From positions 98,436 to 162,435 of the IMG/VR virus record IMGVR_UViG_3300036790_000425: a stretch of 64,000 nucleotides of DNA, one strand, 5' to 3'. Positions 37,455 through 44,614 of the stretch are shown here, piece by piece. How positions within the stretch are numbered: the stretch's first letter is position 1; every line of letters begins with the position of its first letter. The notes under the pieces were generated by a model, which searched no databases, was not told where the DNA came from, and saw nothing but the letters and a program-made list of their open reading frames with translations. Source of the stretch: a virus. The position numbers were made by a program, and so were the translations under genes.

Positions 37455-38639
37455 CTAGCCCTTGACGCACACCACCTGCTTGATGTGGTGACGGACCTCG
37501 ACCAGGTCCGTCTGCGCCGCGATCACCTCACCGATGTCCTTGTAGGCACCCGGGATCTCATCCAGCACGCCCCGGTCCTTCCGGCACTCGACCCCGTCGG
37601 TCTGGGCCGCCAGGTCGGCCTCGGTGAAGGCCCGCTTCGCCGCGCCGCGCGACATCCGCCGCCCGGCGCCGTGCGAGGCCGAGCACATCGAGTCCCGGCT
37701 GCCGAGCCCGGCCACGATGAAACTGCCGGTGCCCATCGAACCCGGGATGATGCCCAGCTCGCCCAGGCCGGCCCGGATGGCGCCCTTGCGGGTGACCATC
37801 ACCTCAGTGCCGCCCCAGTTCTCCTCCGCCACGTAATTGTGGTGGCAGGAGATCGGCTCGTCCCAGCTGACCGGCCGGCTAAGCGCGGTGTCCAGGGCGC
37901 CCATCGCCAGGCCGAGCATCACCTGGCGGTTGCGCCGGGCGTAGTCCTGGGCCCAGTACAGGTCCCGCCGGTAGGCGTCCATCTCGGGGGTCCCGGTCAG
38001 GAACACCGCCAGGTCCCGGTCCGGCAAGCCGGCATTGTGCGGCAGCGCCCGGGCCGCCTCCATGTGCCGCTCGGCCAGCTCCTTGCCGATGTTTCGCGAG
38101 CCCGAGTGCAGCATCAGCCACACGCGGCCAGCGTCATCGCCACCCTGCTCGGTGCACAGCTCGATGAAGTGGTTCCCTCCGCCGAGCGTGCCCATCTGGC
38201 TGCGGGCCCGGCCGTGCCGGTACTGGACTCCCTCGTGCAGAGCGGCGAAGCCGCCCCAGAACGACTTCCAGGTACCGCCGGTCATCCGGATCGCATGCTC
38301 GTGCGAGCTGAAGCCAACCGGGATGGCCATCTCCAGCTCGATCCGGACCTCGTGCAGGTCATCCGGCAGGTCGCTGGCTGTGAGGTGACTGCGGACTGCT
38401 GTCATCCCGCAGCCGATGTCCACGCCGACCGCCGCCGGGCAGACCGCCTGACGCATCGCGATAACCGAGCCGACGGTGGCGCCCTTGCCGTAGTGAACGT
38501 CCGCCATGACGGCGACCTCGGTGGTCCAGGGGAGGCTCGCCACGTTCCGAAGCTGCTGCTGCGCGGAGGGCTCGATCGTCCAGGGGTCAATCCACACGCG
38601 CACTGGTGCCCGGGTGCCGGGCAGCATCTGGTAAGCCAT
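37455..38639 (-). CDS. rtcB: RtcB RNA ligase
   Basis: MADVHYGKG, VGVDIGCG, GTLGGGNHFIE, HSGSR, SHGAGR, DEIPGAYKDI motifs. Confidence 0.97.
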   Translation of the reverse strand: MAYQMLPGTRAPVRVWIDPWTIEPSAQQQLRNVASLPWTTEVAVMADVHYGKGATVGSVIAMRQAVCPAAVGVDIGCGMTAVRSHLTASDLPDDLHEVRIELEMAIPVGFSSHEHAIRMTGGTWKSFWGGFAALHEGVQYRHGRARSQMGTLGGGNHFIELCTEQGGDDAGRVWLMLHSGSRNIGKELAERHMEAARALPHNAGLPDRDLAVFLTGTPEMDAYRRDLYWAQDYARRNRQVMLGLAMGALDTALSRPVSWDEPISCHHNYVAEENWGGTEVMVTRKGAIRAGLGELGIIPGSMGTGSFIVAGLGSRDSMCSASHGAGRRMSRGAAKRAFTEADLAAQTDGVECRKDRGVLDEIPGAYKDIGEVIAAQTDLVEVRHHIKQVVCVKG

Positions 38640-38675
38640 CAGGGTTTCCTCCTTTGATGGTCTGAATCAATGACG

Positions 38676-38749
38676 AGCGGATGACCGGGATCGAACCGGC
38701 GACCTCGACGTTGGCAACGTAGCGCTCTAGCCAGCTGAGCTACATCCGC
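38676..38749 (-). tRNA. tRNA-Gly(GCC)
   Basis: Loop TTGCCAA. Confidence 0.9.
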
Positions 38750-38753
38750 ATGT

Positions 38754-39097
38754 GAGCCGGCCTGTAAGCCGGGTTCTGTACCCGCCAGGGGCGGGCGACG
38801 GCCATCCATCTGGGACCGCCATCGCTGACGGCCTCGTGCGGCCTACCAGCCGGCACCGGGCGGGCCGCCCGCCAGCTTCTGGCCTTGCTCCGGGTGGGGC
38901 TTGCCGAGCCGCCCCGGTCACCCGGGACGCTGGTGGTCTCTTACACCACCGTTTCACCCTTACCCCCGAGGGGGCGGTCTGTTCTCTGCGGCGCTTTCCC
39001 GTGGGTCACCCCAGGTTGCCGTTAGCAACCACCCTGCCCTGCGGAGCCCGGACTTTCCTCGGCACCCCGGAAGGTGACGCGGCCGTCCAGCCGGCTC
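38754..39097 (-). ncRNA. rnpB: RNase P RNA (bacterial type A)
   Basis: P1 GAGCCGG/CCGGCTC; conserved GAGGAAAGTCCGGGC, GGTAAGGGTGAAACGGTGGTGTAAGAG, GGAGCAAGGCC, ACAGAACCCGGCTTAC. Confidence 0.95.
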
Positions 39098-39099
39098 AG

Positions 39100-39173
39100 A
39101 GCCCCGAATCGGATTCGAACCGATGACCTTCTCCGTACCGAGGAGATGCTCTGCCGGGCTGAGCCATCGGGGC
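39100..39173 (-). tRNA. tRNA-Thr(GGT), C33
   Basis: TCTCC-TCGGTAC-GGAGA. Confidence 0.85.
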
Positions 39174-39192
39174 AGGCCCGGCCGGAGCCGGG

Positions 39193-39408
39193 TCAGGCAG
39201 CGCCGAACCGGTCGAACTCGCCGTTCCGGACGCCGCCGATGAAGGCCTCCCACTCGGAGGCCGTGAAGACCAGGTGCGGCCTGGCCGGGTGCTTGCTGTC
39301 GCGCACGCCGACCTCGCCGCGCGGCAGGCTGGCTACCTCGACGCAGTTGCCGTTGGCGAAGCTGAGTGATGACTTGACCCACTTAACCGGCAGCTCTTTC
39401 ATGGTCAT
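39193..39408 (-). CDS. DUF397 family protein
   Basis: 'WVKSSLS..GNCVEVA...VGVRDSK.P..PHLVF...EWEAFI.GVR.GEFD'; TATCAT -10 lies 6 nt before the ATG (leaderless). Confidence 0.92.
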   Translation of the reverse strand: MTMKELPVKWVKSSLSFANGNCVEVASLPRGEVGVRDSKHPARPHLVFTASEWEAFIGGVRNGEFDRFGAA

Positions 39409-39428
39409 ACCGGGATGATATCCGTAAG

Positions 39429-39500
39429 CTGAGGGAGCGGGCTTCGATCCCGCGTTGCCCGGGCCAAAACCGAGTGTCCTGCCAGCTAGACGATCCCCCA
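39429..39500 (-). tRNA. tRNA-Gln(TTG)
   Basis: Loop TTTTGGC; U1-A72. Confidence 0.82.
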
Positions 39501-39505
39501 CCGCG

Positions 39506-39578
39506 AGCCCCCGGCCGGAACCGAGCCGGCGACCTCCTGATTACAAGTCAGGCGCTCTGCCAGCTGAGCTACGGAGGC
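39506..39578 (-). tRNA. tRNA-Thr(TGT)
   Basis: CCTGA-CTTGTAA-TCAGG; T-loop CTCGGTT. Confidence 0.85.
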
Positions 39579-39635
39579 AGGCCCCGGGCCGGGGCACCGC
39601 GCAGGGCGCCCTGGGGTGCCGCGGCACCGGGGGTT

Positions 39636-39712
39636 GCAGGTGCCCTCGCCTCCGGGCTGCGCGCCTCCCTCGCGGGCTGCGCGGCGGGACTCGAACCCGC
39701 GATCTGTCCTGC
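39636..39712 (-). ncRNA. Circularly permuted tRNA-like module D
   Basis: GCAGG..GCGGG TTCGAGT CCCGC, CGCGC..GCGCG, CA GCCC GGAGGCGA GGGC A CCTGC. Confidence 0.7.
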
Positions 39713-39715
39713 TCG

Positions 39716-39801
39716 TGTCCGGGGCGGGACTCGGACCCGCACGCCCTTGGTAGGGCACAGCCACCTCAAGGCTGCGCGTCTGCCATTTCCGCCACCCGGA
39801 C
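39716..39801 (-). tRNA. tRNA-Leu(GAG)
   Basis: CAGCC-TTGAGGT-GGCTG; long variable arm. Confidence 0.88.
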
Positions 39802-39802
39802 G

Positions 39803-39876
39803 AGCCCCGACCCAGAATCGAACTGGGGACCTGCTCATTACGAGTGAGCCGCTCTATCCGCCTGAGCTATCGGGGC
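39803..39876 (-). tRNA. tRNA-Thr(CGT)
   Basis: GCTCA-CTCGTAA-TGAGC. Confidence 0.9.
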
Positions 39877-39979
39877 AAGATGTGCCAGGCCTCCGCCGTT
39901 GGCGGGCTTCGCATCCTGGCTTGACGGTGGCTGGCCGCCAGGCCGGGACACTCGGAGGGAGCCACCCTCACCTGGGCTG

Positions 39980-40054
39980 CTGACCACCCTGGACTCGAAC
40001 CAGGAAGTGTCCCGGACCAGAACCGGGCGGGTCTGCCATTTCCCCTAGTGGTCA
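39980..40054 (-). tRNA. tRNA-Gln(CTG)
   Basis: CCCGG-TTCTGGT-CCGGG. Confidence 0.85.
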
Positions 40055-40087
40055 TTGTCGGCGGATTGACGCGCTCCGGCCGGGCGC

Positions 40088-40164
40088 TGGTGGGCGAGGC
40101 GGGAATCGAACCCGCGCCTGTGGCGTTTTTGACGCGCTGCCTCTGCCTGCTGGGCTACTCGCCC
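40088..40164 (-). tRNA. Leu-type tRNA body with ambiguous anticodon (CAA or AAA)
   Basis: Good acceptor, D and T arms plus CCA; anticodon arm GCGCGTCAAAAACGCCA pairs irregularly. Confidence 0.6.
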
Positions 40165-40489
40165 CAGATGATCTGTGACCGGCCGCGAGGGGGATACGGC
40201 GCACCCGGTAGCCCGGTAGCCCTATCCGCGCGATGCCCTTCGCGCGAGCCGCTGACTTTCGTACTGACCCCTCGCGGCCGGTCAGGCTGAAGGTGCGGGT
40301 GCCCGGACCGGCTACCCCTTGTCAGGGTCGGAGGACACGAGCCTCCTGGCCGTCAGCCGGGCGCCTTCCGGAGCTTTCAGGCCGCCCGCTAGCCCGGGAC
40401 TGAGAATCCCGTTCCGCTGCTTCCCGAGGGCCCCGGGATTCTCAGTCCCGGGCTCCGAGGCCAGCACCCTGGCCTGCCCTGCACTCAGT

Positions 40490-40518
40490 ACATTACAGGG
40501 TTTCCAGCTAACGGTCAA
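40490..40518 (-). promoter_or_regulatory. Sigma-A/HrdB-type promoter inside the RNA operon
   Basis: TTGACC-17 bp-TAATGT, overlapped by the 20-bp operator-like motif. Confidence 0.7.
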
Positions 40519-40519
40519 G

Positions 40520-40597
40520 TGGTACGCCGCCACGGGCTCGAACCGTGCACCCCCGGATTAAGAGTCCGGTGCTCTACCAGCGATGAGCTAGCGGCGC
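40520..40597 (-). tRNA. tRNA-Lys(CTT)
   Basis: CCGGA-CTCTTAA-TCCGG; CCA encoded. Confidence 0.9.
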
Positions 40598-40601
40598 TCA
40601 G

Positions 40602-40674
40602 AGCGGACGACGGGAGTCGAACCCGCAACAACCAGCTTGGAGGGCTGGTACCCGGCCAGTTGGGACTCGTCCGC
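40602..40674 (-). tRNA. tRNA-Gly(TCC), C33
   Basis: CCAGC-CCTCCAA-GCTGG. Confidence 0.82.
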
Positions 40675-41137
40675 ATGATGCCCCGCCACCGTGACGCCGT
40701 GGCCGGCAACCCGTTCACGCGCCGGCCCGGAATGCACTTGCGGGCCGGCAGGCATGAGACCAGAGTCGTGCACGACCCTGGCTGGCCCGGGGAGCGTCCT
40801 CCCCGGGGCGGGCTACCGGCTGGTTACGGCCTGCCCGTCATGCCATCGCACAACCCCGGGAATCGAACCCGGCCTACCGGTGCTCCCGGCAGGGCAACCC
40901 ATGCTGCTGCTTTACCCGGGGCGCAGGGCCCGGCGGCCGATCGCGTCCGCCAGGATGCGTGATCCCGGGTGCCCGGGCCCGTCGATCGTCAGGCCCAGCG
41001 GAGCACCGGGAGTCGAACCCGGGCCATCCCGGCTGGACCGCGCCGTAGCGCGCCAGTCCCGGTCTGCTGACCAGCTCAGTTACTCCTGCACGCGAGGTGC
41101 CCCTCGCGCTCCAGCATGCTGGTGCGCACCAGCATCG

Positions 41138-41211
41138 TGGTCCCGCCTGGTTTCGGGCCAGGGGCCTCCGGGTCTTCACTCCGGCGCTCTTACCTACTGA
41201 GCTACAGGACC
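41138..41211 (-). tRNA. tRNA-Phe(GAA), atypical T-loop
   Basis: Loop GTGAAGA; T-loop CCCGAAA. Confidence 0.75.
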
Positions 41212-41292
41212 TCGTTCCTGGGGAGGCGGCCGGGCTCGGACCCCTCCGTGTGGTTCCCCGCCGGGGGTTCCTCCCCGTGATCTTCAAGTCTG

Positions 41293-41576
41293 AGGGGCGC
41301 TCTGCCATTGAGCTACCCGGACGGCTAAGCCCAGGCCGGGACTCGAACCCGGATCTCCCCGCGGGCTGCTCTGCCGCCTGAGCTACCCGCCAGGAGCGAC
41401 CTGGCGGGGCGGGACTCGAACCCGCGACCTGCCCTGCTGACGGTGGCGTCCTGCCGATTGGACGACTGGCCACCAGGGAGTACTCCCCGGCTCCGGGTCT
41501 CCGGCATCAGGGAGCGCTCCCCTCGGCCGTCCTCCCGGACATAAGACCAGGCGGGACTCGAACCCGCATTACCACC
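41293..41576 (-). ncRNA. Tandem array of three circularly permuted tRNA-like modules (A 41442-41576, B 41362-41435, C 41293-41361)
   Basis: Each has a T-arm (TTCGAGT loop), then a self-closed acceptor hairpin, then a D-arm, all bracketed by a 4-5 bp stem. Confidence 0.8.
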
Positions 41577-41579
41577 AGG

Positions 41580-41654
41580 TCGGGATGGCCAGATTCGAAC
41601 TGGCGACCCCCTGCTCCCGAAGCAGGTGCTCTAGCCAAGCTGAGCCACATCCCG
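41580..41654 (-). tRNA. tRNA-Pro(CGG)
   Basis: CCTGC-TTCGGGA-GCAGG. Confidence 0.92.
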
Positions 41655-42119
41655 TTTAGCGCCGGTACTTCCCCGGTGGTGATAAAGATCCTCCTCCGGT
41701 TCACTCTCAGCCAGCTATCCCGCCCCGGGCGCGGGCGGCCGGTCCCGGGGCGCGTGGCCATCACGCTCGGGTGCCTGCACGATTCTGTCCCTTCCGGGAT
41801 TTTCGGCGGCCTCGTGCTATGGCCACGCCGGTCACTGACATCCCTGGCGATACGGATTTGAACCGCGAGGTCCCTCTTGCGGAGGTCCTGGTCGCCAGCC
41901 CTACCCAGGGCCGTGTGCCGGAACTCGGTGATGCTGTCACATCGGGGCACAGAGCATCGTCCTCGGTGAGCTGCTCCGTGGTCTCGACCACACAGGACTG
42001 GCTCGTGCCTGTGCCCCTCCGCCGGGCGGCCAAGCCCGGTCTCCCTGCCCTTCCCGGAAACGACCGGGGTGGCTGGGGCCTGCCGTCGGGAGGATCTCCC
42101 GGTGTGACGGCACCATCGG

Positions 42120-42193
42120 TCGGGGTGGCGGGATTCGAACCCGCGTCCTCCTGATCCCAAATCAGGCGCGCTGCCAGGCTGCGCTACACCCTG
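42120..42193 (-). tRNA. tRNA-Pro(TGG)
   Basis: CCTGA-TTTGGGA-TCAGG. Confidence 0.92.
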
Positions 42194-42244
42194 TGAATCC
42201 GGGGACGGCAAGGTTACCCGCCTTGAGGCTTCCGAGCCCCGGAG

Positions 42245-42319
42245 TGGACCACCCGGGGATCGAACCCGGTGCCTTCCGCTTGCGAGGCGGACGCTCTACC
42301 TACCATGAGCTAGCAGCCC
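42245..42319 (-). tRNA. tRNA-Ala(CGC)
   Basis: Loop CTCGCAA; G3:U70. Confidence 0.9.
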
Positions 42320-42486
42320 TTGCGGCGGGATTCCGGTGACGCGAGCGTTTCCCGCCTGGCTCCCGGCTGGCTCAGCCGGTCAGTTACGGCACTACTCGCG
42401 GCCGGGAGAGGGCAACCCTTCCCTTAGCCTGATCTCTCATTTACTCCAGGCGGCTGCCGCTGCCACGCGGCTGCCGGACTGTCCTG

Positions 42487-42560
42487 TGGAGCTGAAGGGG
42501 CTCGAACCCCCGGCCTCCTGCGTGCCACGCAGGCGCTCTACCAAGCTGAGCTACAGCCCC
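42487..42560 (-). tRNA. tRNA-Ala(GGC)
   Basis: Loop GTGGCAC; G3:U70. Confidence 0.9.
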
Positions 42561-42830
42561 TCGGCACCTGTGTACTGCCGCCACCCTGGCCGAGGCCAGG
42601 GCCGCCACCCCTGCGGTGCGATGCGAGTCCCGCTCTCGTGGGGGACCGGCAGCAGCACGGTGCTTGCCACGGACGCGGCAGAACCGCGCACTGGGCGTCT
42701 TGCTCCCTCCCCGGCCCGCCGGGCTCGGTCCCCGCTGACACGGGGAGCTGGCCACCTGGACCAGGGAGGGAAGAACTGGCGGCCGGGCCTGAATGGACGC
42801 TGGCAACGTCCGGCCAGGCCGCCTCGTGTT

Positions 42831-42851
42831 CACACGCTATTGAGCTGTCAA
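42831..42851 (-). promoter_or_regulatory. rrn boxA-like antitermination element
   Basis: TTGACAGCTCAATAGCGTGTG resembles the actinobacterial rrn-leader TTGAGAACTCAATAGTGTGT; related GACAACTGAAT at 42974-42984. Confidence 0.5.
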
Positions 42852-42902
42852 TTTACGAGCCGGTTGCCCCGCCGTTGCTCTCGCTCGGGCCGGGTGGCTG
42901 CG

Positions 42903-42970
42903 CACGAGTACTAGGTTCCGATCCCAGCCCACCGGTTTTGGAGACCGGTGGCCGCCCAGCGGCTACTCGC
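42903..42970 (-). tRNA. tRNA-Trp(CCA), compact D-arm
   Basis: CCGGT-CTCCAAA-ACCGG; 68 nt; T-loop ATCGGAA. Confidence 0.7.
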
Positions 42971-43163
42971 TAGATTCAGTTGTCCCCGGGTAACACGAGA
43001 GCCGCCGGCAGGTCTTCCTGCGGGCGGCTCCTGGGCTCAGGTCCGGGTTGTCCCCTTACCCAGGGCGCCGCTGCTTCCCCTGCTCCGGCAGGCAGCTGAC
43101 ATCATGCGATGCCAGCCAGCCCGCGGGCTGGTTCCTGGTGAAGCTGTGGTGCGTCATGTCTCC

Positions 43164-43193
43164 ATCTTAGCTCGCTGCCCTCGCCGAGGGCAA
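43164..43193 (-). promoter_or_regulatory. Probable main promoter of the tRNA operon
   Basis: TTGCCC-18 bp-TAAGAT with an AT-rich upstream tract. Confidence 0.6.
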
Positions 43194-43267
43194 CGGTTTT
43201 CTACAACTTTTATTGCTAGCGCTCTGACCAGGTCCGGAGCCCCCTCAGCAAGCCCCCGGCCTGGCCT

Positions 43268-43477
43268 TCAGGGTCCGTACTGCTCGGGCAGCCCGTTGTT
43301 GAGCAGCCTGCGCACCTCGTCCTCCCGGTACCGGCGGTGGCCGCCCATCGTCCGGATCGAGCGCAGCTTGCCGGACTTGGCCCAGCGGGTCACCGTCTTG
43401 GGGTCTACCCGGAACAGCGCGGCCACCTCCCGGGGGGTGAGCAGGGCGGGTGCCTCGGGGTGAGCTGTCATGGGCAT
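43268..43477 (-). CDS. bldC: BldC-like MerR-family winged-HTH regulator
   Basis: LLTPREVAALFRVDPKTVTRWAKSGKLRSIRTMGGHRRYREDEVR closely matches the BldC signature. Confidence 0.9.
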   Translation of the reverse strand: MPMTAHPEAPALLTPREVAALFRVDPKTVTRWAKSGKLRSIRTMGGHRRYREDEVRRLLNNGLPEQYGP

Positions 43478-44056
43478 GGCCTCTCTCGGTGGTTCGGGGA
43501 CGGAAGGCCCTCTACCTTGTGGTTAGCGCGCATGCGCCGGGTTCCGTCACCCCGGGCCAGGGTCCGGGGGGCGGCGGGGGCGATGCAGAAGACGCCTGAA
43601 GTGGCAGGTGATCACAAACTATAGCAAGGAAAGCCATACCAACAACCTCGCGACCCGCGCATCCCAGGCATCAGTACTGAGACGTCACGCAGGCCGCAGG
43701 GGTTTACCTATGTACCGGTACCTGCCGGGCCGCCGCGAAAGCGCTCCGGGCGCCGCACCTCGGGCGGGACGGAACGCCGGGGGGCGAAGCCGGCGCCGCC
43801 GGGCTCGTTGAGCCAGGACGGGTCCTCGGCCGCGGGGTAATCAGCGGGGAAGCCGGGCACCTGGACGACCTCGACGGCCACCACCCCCGCCGGCGGCGTG
43901 AATCCCGGCTGCACCACATACCAGGCCGATACCGTTCCGTCGTCCCGGGTGAACCTCGCCACCGGGACCCTGGGGGCTGGCCCCAGGTGCACCTCCCCCA
44001 TGCGGACTCCCCTCCTGAAGGTGCCGCTGAGCCTAGCAAGAGAGGCCGCAGCGAGG

Positions 44057-44520
44057 GGTCCGTGCACAACAGGACGGGTTCCGTGCACTAGCCGTGCACA
44101 AAAAGTGCGGAACGAGTGTTCGATATATCTTGCTGACCTTGTGTTGTGCACTACGTGCACAAAAAACAGCGATTTTGGCGATCTGGATTCACGGCGGGGT
44201 CTCGTAGATCATTCCGGCCCGGCCGCGTAGGGCTCTGGCCGTGTGTCCGCGTTGTCGCGTTTGTCTCCCTCGCGTGACCAGAACCTCGATTTTGGCGATT
44301 TCTTGTGCACGTAGTGCACAACCCCAGGTCAGAGGCCCTTTTCCTGCGTCCCGTTGTGCACTTCCTTGTGCACGGCTAGTGCACGGGGCCCCGCCGTTGT
44401 GCACGGACCGGCCGCGAGGCGGCCTCTGAACCAACCCTTACTAGTCCTTAGTAGATTTAACTTCTTTAATTATTATTATTAGCTCTAAAAAGAATTAAGT
44501 ATTAGTAGTTATCAGTTACA
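44057..44520. repeat. About 110-bp imperfect inverted repeat with 11 GTGCAC palindromes plus AT-rich tract (candidate replication origin)
   Basis: 44057-44167 mirrors 44298-44409; 44430-44520 is strongly AT-rich in ~70% GC DNA. Confidence 0.75.
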
Positions 44521-44614
44521 GGCAGGAACCAGGACATACATGATCCGCACTGTTCACGAAGTTACCGGTCAGTAATCTGCACAGCGCACTCATGGCCAGC
44601 CCTACCCTGGCGTC

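Noticed and set aside
40411-40430. GGGAAGCAGC resembling SRP RNA domain IV
   Set aside because: The partner CAGG strand and GNRA tetraloop are missing, so SRP RNA was not called.
41293-41576. Modules A-C as functional permuted decoding tRNAs
   Set aside because: No room for anticodon loops (0 nt between B and C, 6 nt between A and B), so a mimic or decoy role is preferred.
34750-43000. Short ORFs called across the tRNA cluster
   Set aside because: They overlap recognisable tRNA or RNase P genes; only RtcB, DUF397 and two small + strand peptides look coding.
34861-43000. tmRNA, expected by analogy with Bxz1-like phages
   Set aside because: No GGGG..GA 5' end paired with an Ala-type G3:U70 3' end around a tag ORF was found.
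44109-44124. GAAC-N4-GTTC LexA-like box, also TCGAAC/GTTCGA arms at 50085 and 51735
   Set aside because: One imperfect site inside the repeat arm; the others have the wrong spacing and are better explained as hairpins.
44057-44409. GTGCAC repeats as a CRISPR array
   Set aside because: Repeats are short, irregularly spaced and mirror-arranged; no unique 30-40 bp spacers and no cas genes.
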